Assembly (NCBI GenBank): GCA_009914755.4
Contig: CP068257.2
Span: forward strand, 13,664,001-13,728,000
Length of the DNA: 64,000 nt
From: the human T2T-CHM13v2.0 reference genome, Homo sapiens
Reading direction: 5' to 3'
Under the pieces are notes generated by a model. That model saw only the letters and a program-made list of their open reading frames with translations. It had not been told where the DNA came from and did no database searches. The position numbers and the translations under genes were made by a program. Position 1 is the first letter of the stretch, and each line of letters starts with the position of its first letter. Shown here piece after piece: positions 38,501 to 52,012 of this stretch.

Positions 38501-39029
38501 AACCCAGCATGGGAAAGAATGAGTGCAAACACAGAACATACTCCAAGATCAACCACATGCTCAGACATAAAGGAAGAATGAATACGCTTTTGAAAATTGA
38601 AACAATGTCAAACATACATTTGGACCACAGTGGAATAAAAATAGAAATGAATACCAAAATAATCCTCAAAACCACATAATTGATGCATAAATTAAACAAC
38701 TTGCTCTTGAATGACTTTTAGGTAAACAACAAAATTAAGGCAGAAATGGGAAAATGTATAAAATAAATGAAAACAGACACATGATATACCAAAATCTCTG
38801 GGATAGAGCAAAAGCAGTGTTAAGAGGAAAGTTTATAGCACTAAATACCTATCTCAGAAAGTTAAAAAGATTTCAAACTAATGATCTAACATCACACCTG
38901 AGGAACTAGAAAAACAAAAACAAACTAACTCCAAAACTAGCAGGAGAAAGGAAATAACTAAAATCAGAACAAAACTGAATGAAATTGAGACCTTGAAATC
39001 CATGCAAATAATCAACAGAATCAAAAGTT

Positions 39030-39139
39030 GGTTTTCTGAATAAACAAGATTGATTGACATCTAGCTAGATCAATGAAGAAGATGGTTTTCTGAAAGGATA
39101 AACAAGATTGATTGACATCTAGCTAGATTAATGAAGAAG
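39030..39139 (+). repeat. 55-bp tandem duplication inside the L1 ORF2 region
   Basis: 'ggttttctgaataaacaagattgattgacatctagctagatcaatgaagaaga' (39030-39082) is repeated as 'tggttttctgaaaggataaacaagattgattgacatctagctagattaatgaagaaga' (39082-39139). The L1 consensus has one copy here ('ggagctggttttttgaaaagatcaacaaaattgatagaccgctagcaagactaataaag'). Confidence 0.85.
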
Positions 39140-41410
39140 AGAGATTTAAATAAGCACAATCAGAAAAAACAAATCAGATAAATTTCTGGAAACACACAAA
39201 CTTTCTTTCACTGCTCTTTGAATTCTTCTTGCATGAAATCAAACATCACAACCAATCTCACAGAAGTACTATAGCATTATAGCATCTGCAAGACTACTGT
39301 GAACACCTCTGTGAACCAGGAAATCTAGAGGAAATTGATAAATTTCTGGAAACACACAGTCTCCCATGATGGAATCAGGAAGAAATTGAAACCCTGAACA
39401 GACCAATACCAAGTTTCAAAATTGAATCAATAGTAAAAACCTACCAACCAAAAAAATGTCCTGGACCAGATGGATTCACAGCTGAATTCTGCCACACAGA
39501 CAAAGAAGAGGGAGTATCAGTCTTACCAAAACTATTCCAAAAATTGAGGCAGAGGGACTCCTCTCTAACTCAATCTACAAAGTCAGCATCACCCTGACAC
39601 CAAAACCTGGAAAAGACACAACAAACAAAGAAAACTACAGGCCAATATCCCTGATGAACATAGATGCAAAAATCCTCAGCAAAATACTAGCAAACCCAAT
39701 CATCAAAAAGTTAATTCACTATGATCAAGTAGCCTTCACTCCTGGGATGCAATATTGGTTCAACATATGCAAATAAATAAATGTGATTCACGACAGAAAA
39801 AAAATTATAAACAAAAACTATATGATTATTTCCATAGATGTGGAAAAAAACTTTAGATAAATTTAACATACTTTCATGATTAAAAAAAAAACCCTCAACA
39901 AACTAGGCATTAAAGGAATAGACCTCAAAATAATAAGAACCATGTATGACAAACCCACAGTTAACATCATACTGAAGGGGCAAAACTGAAAGCATTCCTC
40001 TTGAGAACAAGATAAGGACACCTACCCTCACTACTCTTTTTCAACATAGCATTAGAAATCCTATCCAATGCAATCAGACAAAAGAAATAAAAGGCATCCA
40101 AATTTGAAAGGAAGAAAAACTATCTCTGTTCACTGACTATATGATACAAAGCCCTGAAGACTCCACCTTCTATGTGTAGAAAACCCTAAAGACTCCACTG
40201 AAAGGCTCCTGGAACTGATAAAGGACTTTAGTAAAGTTTCAGGATACAAAATAAATGTACAAAAATTAGTAGCATTTCTATACACCAATAACATTCAATC
40301 TGAGAACAAAATCAAGACTGTAATCCCATTTACAATAGCTGCAAAAAAGAAAAAAGAAAATAAAATACGTAGGAATACATCTAACCAAGGAGCTGAAAGA
40401 TCTCTACAAGAAAAACTACAAAACAATGCTGAAATAAATTATAGATAACACAAAGAAATGGGAAAACAGTCCATGCTCATGGACTGGAAGAATCAATATC
40501 ATTAAAGTGGCCATACTACCCAAAGCAATCTACAGATTCAATGCTATTCCTATCAAACTACTAATGTCATTTTTCACAGAGCTAGAAAAAATTATACTAA
40601 AATTCATATGGAATAATGGAAGAGCTTGAATAGCTAATGCAATCCTAAGCAAAAAGGACAAAGCTGGAGGCATCACATTACCCAACTTCAAACTATACTA
40701 TAAGGCTACAGTAACCAAAAGAGCTTAGTAGTTGTACAAAAACAGACACATAGACAAAGGAAACAGTCTAGAGAACCCAGGCATAAAGCCACATACCTAC
40801 AGTCATCTGATTTTTGACAAACTAAGTTGACAAAAATAAGCAATGTGGAAAATACTCCTTATTCAATAAATGGTACAAGGGTAGCTGTCTAGATGTATGC
40901 AAAAGAATGAAACTACACCCTATCTTTCACAATATATAAAAATTCACTCAAGATGGATTAAATATTTAAATGTTAGACCTCAAACTATAAAAATCCCACA
41001 AGAAATTTGGAAAAGAATGTATGACTAAGTCCTAGAAAGCAATCACAACAACAAACTGAAAAGTGGTAGCTAATTAAACTAAAGTGCTTCTGCACAGCAA
41101 AAGAAATTATCAACAGAGTAACAGGCAGCCTAAAGAATGGGAGAGAATATTTGCAAACCATGAATCTGAAAAAGGTCTAATATCCAGAATCTACAAAGAA
41201 CTTTAAAAATTCAACAAGCAAGAAACAAATAATCCCATTAAAAAATGGACAAAAGACATGAACAAACACTTCTCAAAAGAAGTCGTACAGGTGACCAACA
41301 AACATACAAACGCTCAACATCACCAATCATCAGAGAAATGTGAATCACAGTTATGATGGGATAGCATCTCACATCAGTCAGAGAGGCTCTTATTAAAAAG
41401 TCAAAAAACA

Positions 41411-42149
<739 letters not shown>

Positions 42150-42552
42150 AACTTAGAACTACCATTTGACACAGTAATCCCATTACTGGGTATATATCCA
42201 AAAGCAAATAAATTATTCTACCAACAGATACCTGCACTGTCTGTTTATGACAGCACTATTCACAATAGCAAAGTCATGGAATCAACATAGGTGCCCATCA
42301 ATGGTGGATTGGATTTAAAAATGTTATATATTTTATATATATATATTTTAGTTTACTATTACGTAGCCATAAAAACAGAATACTATGTAGCCATAAAAAT
42401 AAATGAAATCATGTTCTCTGCAGCAACGTGAATGCAGTTGGAGGCCGTTATCATAAGTGAATAAATGCAGGAACAGAACAAATACACATGTTCTCACTTA
42501 TAACTGGGAGATAAACTCTGACTACACAGGAATATAAAGGTGGGAGCAATGG

Positions 42553-42883
<331 letters not shown>

Positions 42884-45800
42884 CTACCAGAGGTGGGAGA
42901 GTAGGAAGGAAGAAAGAGTTGGAAAACTAACTGTTAGGTACTATGCTCAGTACCTGGGTGATGGGATCAGTCATACCCTAAACCTCAGCGTTTTGCAATA
43001 TGCCCATGTAACAATTCTTCACATGTATGCACTGAATCTACGTAAAATAAAGTTGAAATTATTTAAAAAAAGAAAAGAATGACTGCAAATACCTGAGGTC
43101 TTAAAGCAGGAGTGTGCTTGGCATTTATATCAGTCTGGCTCCCAGCAAAATAATTTGCGTAGAGTCTAATCAATACTCTATATAAAGAACAAAGAGAATA
43201 TAAGAAAGTCATTGGGAAAAATACAGTACCTAGGGCTAATAACAGTAGGTCTCCATTACTGGTTAGGCCCAAAAGGGCGAGGGGTGAGATTAATTGTAGG
43301 AACCGGAGACAGAGAGAAATGTGTAAAGAGGGCTACTTTGTAGGAGTAAACCCCTTAAACAAAGGATGCCTGTGTCCTGCCAGCAAAGAACCTGTAGAGA
43401 GGGAGACAGTGAATATACACTCTAATCTTACTCTTGTCCTCCCTCTGATTTCTTGACAGTGCCCGCTATTGGCTGAAAACGGAAGGCTAAGGCACCTGTT
43501 GATAAAGTCCACGCCGTTCTCCCTCTCAGGGCACAGAAAAGAGAAGCACGGAGAGTGGATCTTCAGGGGAAAATGGAAGGTCTTTATCACAGCAAGTCTG
43601 AAGGACCCATGAGGCCAGAGTGCCCGGAGCCTAGTAGGCAAACGAGTGAACAGCAGGAGATGAGAGCAGTGAGGTAGAGGCTGGATCATGTGGGGCCTTG
43701 TTTCCATAATGTGGACTTTGTAATTTATTCTGAGTGACATAGGAAGTCACAGGGCATTTTTGAACCAAGGGGAAGGCAAGGATAGAAGCAAGAAGATCAT
43801 TTAGGAACTATTGCAGTAATCCTGGTGAGAGATGATGGTGACACGGGCTAGAAAAATAGTGAGCCTGGCAGTGAGAAAAGCAATCATGTTCTGGATGCAT
43901 TTGGAAAGAAGAGAGCTGTCATAGTTTACATATGTTGACTGTGAGAGACAGAAGATTGTCAAGGAACACTGGAGAGTTTGGGCAACATAAACAATATAGT
44001 TGCCATTTCGCCATTTACTGAGATGGGCAAGACTTCTGAAAGTGTAGGTTTCATATGGCTATTAGGCATCTAGGTAGAGATGTCATATGTGATTTTGGCA
44101 GAGGTTGGGCCTGGAAATATAACTTTGGCATTTGTTAGAATACAGATGTCAGATAAAGCTGTGGGACCTGATGTGATTAGGCAAGGATTTAGTGTAACTA
44201 AATAACATTACCCTAAAATGGACTCCTGGGAATTCTAACATTTAAACTTTAATAATGCAGGAAGGAAGCACTCAGCTAAAAAGATCAAAAAGGACTAGAA
44301 TGTGTTATAGCAGGATTCTGGTGGGTATTGAGTGTAACTGAGTAGTGTAAATTGAAAACAATTTGGGTCAAAGAAGCCTGTAGCCATAATGAGAAAAATG
44401 ATCAGAATATGAGAGTATTGATATTTTTGGTGACCTTGGGAATATTTAAAAGGTACAGAAATATTGACGTCTACATTTTGATGGTGATTAAGACATAATA
44501 TTGATCTTACTATTTTTGAAATGTATAGTTCCTGCAACTTAGTTGTTAGATTATTAAACAGTTTTGGCCTAATTTTTCTGTAAAAAAAAATGACATTTCA
44601 AAATAGGTTGGTCAAAAACATATCTTGTACATAATCTGACCAAAAAATTAGATGCAGTTAAATCTTATTTCCTATTCAATTTACTTGATATTATCACATT
44701 TGACACTAGCAAACTATTTGGAGGAGAGTGGAAAGTTCTAGAATTGCCCATATGTGTCCTAAAAACAGGGTCAAGGCTGCAAAGATCTTTTCTAATAAAT
44801 AATGAGCATTTATAAGATTCTGCTACTTTCCAGAGTAGGATAGACAGATCAGTGATCCCCAAAGATTTCCACATTCTATTCCCAGGAACCTATGAATATG
44901 TTACCTTACAGGGCAAAAGAGACTTTGCTGATGTGATCAAGTAATGGACTTTGAGATGAGGAAGACTATTCTGGATTATCCAGGTGAGCTCCATGTGATC
45001 ACATGGGTCCTTAAAAATCAGAGAACTATCTTGGCTATGGTCAGGAAGATGAAATCTTGCTGATTTTGAAGACAGAGGAAGAGGGCCATGAGTCATGGCT
45101 TGTGGGTGGCCTCTACAAGCTGGAAAATGGAAGGAAACAGATTCTCCAGGAAGAAACACAGCCCTGCTAACACTATGATTTTACCCCTGTTTGGTCTGTG
45201 TCACACGTCTAATCTAGAGAAGTGCAAGAAAATTAATTTGTGGTTTCCATCTACAACATCTGTGGCACTGTGTTACAGCTGCAATGGAAAATTAATACAT
45301 AGTGTCATGATTTTGTTTTAGATGATCATCTCAGTTGAATGAAGAAACAACCAAAATGGTGAATTTGAAGATTTCAAATGAGAAGCAGTTTCCTTCCCTC
45401 ATATTGAAGTGTAGGTACGGGTCTAGAGTGGCCTGGACCCTTCCCCACTATACCTGAATGTCCTGAGAAGGCGATGTTTGTTCCCTCATTGTAGATGAAG
45501 AAACAGAGATATTAAATATATTTATAAGATACTCCAAATAACAGAATGGATCCAGCACTGAAACCCACTTTCCACCCTGCCCCCCCGCACATTGCCTCAA
45601 AGGCTTTCATATATATGAAATATATATGCTTAAGAAATCCAAGTAAATTTGGAAGAGGGATGATTACGCACAATTTCCTTTTGGCTGCCTGATTTCCTTT
45701 TGGCCTTCTGCAGTTAAGAAGTCCGCGCATTTGCATGGTCATCTTAACACATGAAAGGAACAAACCAATATAGTCTAATCATAGTAGCCTGCTGAGGTCA

Positions 45801-48781
45801 CAACAAAATTGTCTGACCTCTGAGAGGCTCTGCGTTACACCTAAGAAAACAGCAATACCAGTAATTTGCTTTAAAAAAAAAAAAAGAGAAAGATGCATTT
45901 ATCAGCCACAGTGAAAGATAATAGTCGGTGCCCTCTTCGTCTTTCCTGTCCCTTTAATTTTTTGCTAACAGGGGAGGAGAAATAATCAAGGGCATCAGGT
46001 GTAGGTTGCCCCTTAAACTAATTAACAGTCCTTTGGGGAGTTTCGCTAGCCTCCCTCTTTTGTCCAGTTACTGGCAGGAAACTGGGTGACCAGGTGGTTT
46101 TCTGGTGCTGTAACTTTGCCGAGGGCTGCTGGAAGTTGTAAAAAGGCTTTAACTTATCTCTTCTAGATCCTTGGGTTCAGCCGGCTCAACCTCTTAACCC
46201 AGGCTTTCTTCATTTCCCTGTCTTCACATGTCTATCTTTGATAAAGGAGAAACTGGTGAAAGTCAGCATGTAGATATTACCTCTTGAGTTCTAAGGCTCA
46301 AATTCAGTAAGTTATAGAGAAATCTGGTGGTGTTGCTTTTGTAGTATGAAGCCTAGTTCATTTTTATTAAAATATAATTGCCTTACCTAGGAGATGCTTG
46401 AGGAATTGGAAGGACCAACCCAGAGTCTATCTCTCTTTGTTGTTGCTTACTGAGTGTTCTCCTTGGTGGAAGTGGCTTCTATTCCATTATAGGCAGAGCA
46501 CTGCAGGGCTGTTTATTTCCTGTATCTACAGAGTACAAAAATGGTTCAACGAAAGAAATAGTTGGGATTGAGGTATTTGATGGAAAGGAAATGGGAGTAT
46601 TTGTTCGTTTGGGCCACGAGGCAAGTTCAAAGCGGGAGACTTTTGTTTTATAAAATGATGGTGAGCAGCTCCGGTTTTATGTCAAACATCAGGGTTTCGT
46701 GCAGGATATAAACATTTCCTGCTGGCCAAGTCTGTTTCTATAATGGTAACCCCATAGGTTCTGTGCTACTTGCACTGTAATTGTGCCAAGAGTTCCTGTA
46801 TTCAACAGGGGAGGTTAAAAGTCAGTCTGGTTTCACAGCTGTTTTGGGTAAGAATTGGCTTTCCAGCAGCTCTGGAAACTTACAGTTATACTCCTCAGAT
46901 AAACATTAATCAGTGGCTATAATTTCACAAGGGCATCGTGGAGTTGTTGGGAACGAAATTGGAAATATGCCTGTCTGGGTGTGTATTTCATGGTTGTGTG
47001 TAGGGACGCTCAGGGACATTAGTTTTAAGAAGGCCATTAATGAGTATAGATAATTGTAGAATTTTATTTCATAATTTCTTCAGGCACACATTAAGGTGAA
47101 AATGAGCACAATTGAAAGTTTAAATGGTAGACCTTATTTTCCCCTTGACTTTCGGTAAATTTAAAGATGGTTTATCTTCATTTTTTATTAATCTCAATTT
47201 GGCACTGATTCCCAATGCTTCAGCTTTCATTTTCTCTTTTCTTTAGTCTTTCAAGTAGTTATTGATTTATAAACAAATACTTAAATGTAAGGAAGATGAA
47301 GAGATTTTGATTTAAAGCAATCCTAATGGTGAAAAGAAAAATCATTTTGAGCTATAGAGGAAACTCCCTCCACAGCATCTCTTTAACCGTTTTGGGTTTT
47401 CATACTTCAGGTTGTCTTAAATTTGGGGCCATCTCTATTCCTTTATAGTTTTCCTAACTTGTGCCCTAAAAGATAATATGAGCTGTCTTTGATAAACCCA
47501 TTTTAGAGCTTGCTCTGTGATCTGAATCACAAAGTTGACATTGAGAATTATGTTCTTCCCCTTGATAAAGGTTGCTAGAAATGGCAGAACAAACGTAAGA
47601 GATTTTTTTAAAGTACTTGAAAGACAGGACATCCCGTGGGCTTTTCTGACTGATAAGACATGCTGTACATATCTCTACTCAGGAGGCAGAGGAAAGCTTT
47701 GGAAAGAGGATGGGGTATAGTCATCACAAATATTTTAAAGAGACTATAAAAACATGCTAAGGACAGCCAAAGCTGTAATAAAAAATAGAAAACATCAACA
47801 TAAATGATGAAATTATTATTACATTCTATCAATGTGAATTATCCAAGTCCTTTGATTTTTCTGGGAGACTACAAATGAAAAGAGGTATGTGCAAGAACCC
47901 TTCCAGAGAAGGAAGTCTATGTCCTCTTCCATACTATCCCCAACCAAAAATGAATGAGGAAAAATAACATGTAGTTATGTTAAGGTGTTTAGGTTTTTAA
48001 CAAGAGAGAATAAGATTAAAAGTACCTATCAAAGTAATCGTTTTCAAATTGACAGTTGTTCAACGAGTACTCTAAAGTCCTGTATATGTTATTGCCCTTG
48101 ATGAAGATGGGCCTTCCCTTGGTCTAATAAGAAAGGTATACTTTCCCTGTTTATAAATGGCATTTTCCATTCATGGAAGAAAAAACGTTCAGTCCTTTGT
48201 GATATAAGATTTGTCATCTGATGATATGGTAGCCCCTAGCTACATGTGGCTATTAGACGTTTAAAATGTGGCTAGTCTGAATTGAGATGTGCTATGAAGT
48301 GTGAAATATATGTAGGATTTCAAATCCCCCACAAAAAAAATGTAAAGTATCTCAATCATATTCTTATTTTGATTACATGTTGGAATGATAATAATTTGGA
48401 CATATTTGGTTAAATACATACATTATTCAAATTAATTTGTTTTACTTTCTAACATTTCTATTAGAAAAAATTTTATATTACAATTTAAAGTTGCACAGGT
48501 TGCCCACATTATGTTTCTGACCTAGAAGCCAGTCTTAGATATTTGTATCTCTATAACTTTAGGCACTGAAGTCACTTTAAAAAAATAAAGGAAACAAGAG
48601 ATTTCAACTCTAAGAAATGAAATAAGGAAGGATAGACTTTAACTTGCATATGTGGAGAAGAAAGTTCAAGAAAGAGGAAAAAGGGGAGCAATAGAGGTAG
48701 GGAATCAAGTGACTGCAGAAAACAAAGAGGATGGATCAGTTGATGAAACATCAATGCAAAATAACAAGAGTACCACAGTAG

Positions 48782-48801
48782 ACACACACACACACACACA
48801 C
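48782..48801. repeat. (CA)10 microsatellite
   Basis: 'gtagacacacacacacacacacaccatgg'. Confidence 0.95.
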
Positions 48802-51800
48802 CATGGAGCTCCTATCGTCTTGATTTGTTGCCCTATACTGCAAATCTCATATATTTGATTTCCAAGTAAATTTAGCAAGGTCGATGAGTTTGCACCATTA
48901 TTGCTCAGGAAATTTCTTCCTGTAAGTTTAGATGGACTCACTGTCATGGTACGAGTTATTATTATTAAGTATACCTTCAGCATTTTATATCTACTGAAGT
49001 GGTCATTGCTCATATTTTTTGTTATTCTTCTCCGTTGGCATCTTCCATGCACTCTGTATCAGCCAAATAGTCTAAGTCTGAAACATCAAAATGACTTGAC
49101 AGATCTGCAGGCTCATATCTTGTTCCATTCTAAACCTTCAAAGTTATATGGAGGAAATATAATAAAAATTGATTCTGCAAAGATGTTCAAGTCCTCAACC
49201 TTCCTTACATGGTCAGGATAATAAAAAGATATATACCATACCAAAATTAATTTCCACTGCTCCCTTGGCCTTGGATAAATGAAAAACTATAGTTTTTAGT
49301 TTTATGGATCTCCTAGCCTTCACCAGCACCAGTGTTGAGGAAATTAAACAATTAATCTTTCTTTTAATTGTATAGGAATGTCAGTCAGTGAAGTAAACAC
49401 AACTTATTCCGCTCTTGCTCAATGAAAGTTATCTACTGTGAAGGATTAGCTGCCATGTTCAACAATAACGAAGCTCTTGTTTTCCAATAAAGAGGTTAAT
49501 TGGCTTCAGAGAAAATACGTGTACAGAACACATAGGCCTAATATTGGTTTTGCAAAGGCCCAGTGTGAGGGAAGTTAATGTTTCCTGTTTATTAGCTGTT
49601 TTACAACAATCTGCCCTTGACCAATAATTATGCTTACATAGCTGATGCTAATATGTGTCAGCGCAGTAGCTACTTAATGTATCCTCTGCACCTGTGTGCA
49701 ATTGAGTTTGCCATCAACCCACAGCGTCCTTAGTCCTCACTCTTTGGGTGTTGTTTCCTGTCTCCAAATGGACTAAGCACCTGGATGGTGGAAACTCCAA
49801 TGTCAAAAATCAGGCTGCCTTTCCTGGACCTGTTTTCTTAAATTCTAAATGTAGCCATCTGTTTTGCAGGTCTATGTGGTTAAAAATGAGAATAAGAAAA
49901 GTAGAGGATACTTTCTAAACTTAAAGAATTTTTCAAGGAAATTCACACAGGTGTCCCATACATATTCACTGGGGAGAGGCCTCTGGAGTTTTGAGAGCAT
50001 ACTGAATCACTGTAGGATCTTGCTAAATTGCAGATTTAAGCAGGGCCTGATAATCTGCATCTCCAACAAGCTCCCAGGTAATCCTGATGATGCTGATTCG
50101 TGAGCAAATGTTGAGTAGCAAGGCACGGGGGCTCCTTAGGATCACAGCCACTGTGATAACTACTTACTGATGTTTACTGAGGTACGATTAAGTTTTTACT
50201 TTCTGAGTAGCAACCACGCCTTCTATTTCCTTTGAAAAGACTCATAAAGCTTGCCTGCAGTGTAGCTCTGGACAACAGAAAACTCCTGGTAACTTTTGTG
50301 AAAGATAGATCATTACATGGCAACTCACTGAAACTGATTTTGTCCATGAGGATGCTCTAAGTCACATATAGCAATAGGCATTGGAGAGAAATTTAGGAAA
50401 CAGGACTTAAAGAAATATGGCAGTGAGTGTTACCAACTGGGACAGTTAGACTCATTAACTCCTTGATTTCCCACCTTTTTCCTTATTTACCTTCATGTTA
50501 CTCCCTCTCCTATAGATTATTTATTCCAGTTTGCTCACTTCACTTCATTTTGAGAGCAAGCTAACTAGGTTACAAGTGGCTGTTTAAAAAGCATCCCATG
50601 TAATAAACATGGCACATAAAGTTCACTGATGTCAAGAAACAAGAATCAGGAGCAGTAATGATCTCTGAGTCTTTGATCGTTTTAAAATATAGTTCCCCTC
50701 TGGGTTAAATATTTTTTATGGCTTTGGGAAATATTCATATTAATTCCTAAAAAAAATGATGACCAGGATGAAGAGCCTATATAAAAATAGACTGAAGGAC
50801 AATCACCAGGCCGATTTTCTTTCATGATACAAGTTTTCAGTGACAGCTCTAAACTAGAAACTTTTCAATTAAGTCCAATCTGTCACGGTGGGGGAAACCG
50901 TGTGGCCGGCAGGCCTTGCAAAGAGATTTGGCAGTGAGTGGCCAAGTTAGCATTTCTAACTGAAAATATGCTGTATTTGTTTAAACCATTGCTTAAATAG
51001 CACTGTGTATTTTTATTCCTTTGTAGGCATTTATGCCATTAATTTATATGGTATGCAATTAGGCACTGCAAGCTCAGTATTGGAGTCTCTGTTTTTCAGT
51101 CTTTCCCCCATCTCTAAGTTTGCCTTGGTGGCAGTAAAACAGAATGATAAAATAATCTTTTCTTCCCATCTTGCTCTCTCTGCCACATAGGGAGAAATTT
51201 TTGTCCTTGAGAATGTTAAGTGTCCAAATCATCTCTGAGCCCAGTTCATGGTCAGCACTTGAAGGGAACAGTTTGAGACAGCAGAAGCCTCTTAAACCAT
51301 CCCACCACAAATCTCTTACAATATAAAAAGACAGGAAATAATGCATCCCTCCCTCCTTCAAACTGTAGTGACATGATGCCATTATTGTAACATAAAGTAC
51401 CTTCTTTTTCAAGGTTGTTCTTAAGAGCTGTGGAATTGTACGTTTCAAGAGACTGCATTATTAACAAGGTTTGTATTATAAAAAACATACAGGTCATAAA
51501 TTAATGGCATCAATATCCCCTGGAACTAGATCTTAGCTGTGTTTAGATGCATTCTTATTTATATTGGTCTAATAACCAGGACCTTTCTCTGCTCACCACA
51601 TTTCAGCAGTTTCGATTGGCTGTATCATTAGTTCAGTAGCCCCTCACAAGGGGCACGTCAATCACCTCATGTTCTCCTTCACCTCTCCCTCTTCTCCGTC
51701 TCTTCTGCATTCCCTCTCCCTCGCTGTTTTGTGTTGTGATTTACTTGGGATCGCTTGAACCTTTTTAATAAATAAGGTTATACACAAACCTAAGGTTGCA

Positions 51801-51960
51801 GGTGGAATCTCAGTTCCTTACACTCTCCACTACTCAATGTAATGTGATCAGACTTAGGAGGGGAGAAAGCCTACAAATACCGATACTTTACGGAGTATTC
51901 TTTCAACTGTTGAATGTCCTTTAATTTAATTCAGAAGTCAATCCAATGCATGTTTTCTTT

Positions 51961-52012
51961 TTTTTTTTTTTTTTTTTTTTGAGACGGAGTCTCGCTCTGT
52001 CGCCCAGGCTGG
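51961..52012 (-). mobile_element. Extreme 5'-truncated Alu: only the last about 32 nt of an Alu plus about 20-nt tail, minus orientation, with clear TSD
   Basis: Poly-T 51961-51980 followed by 'gagacggagtctcgctctgtcgcccaggctgg', the reverse complement of the Alu 5' terminus. In minus orientation this is the element's 3' end preceded by its poly-A. The direct repeat 'tgttttcttt' is at 51951-51960 and 52014-52023. Three CpGs are retained in 32 nt, so the source was young. Confidence 0.85.

Noticed and set aside
38322-38699. 125-aa hydrophobic ORF on the minus strand ('MFNLCINYVVLRIILVFISIFIPLW...')
   Set aside because: It lies antisense within an ancient repeat and the L1 ORF2 5' boundary. The sequence is AT-rich, so leucine/isoleucine/phenylalanine codons dominate by composition. 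There is no start context and no homology I recognise.
43333-43740. 135-aa ORF on the minus strand
   Set aside because: The translation has no recognisable domain or conserved-protein character. It is a single isolated ORF in unique DNA without exon-like splice flanks. At 135 codons in 64 kb of six-frame sequence it is within chance expectation.
46560-46700. Apparent composite forkhead (ATAAACA) plus ETS (TTCC) motif, 'ggatataaacatttcctgctgg'
   Set aside because: Short motifs of this kind occur by chance every few hundred bp. The spacing and orientation do not match the published FOX:ETS composite. It is kept only as supporting colour for the conserved-element hypothesis, not as a called site.
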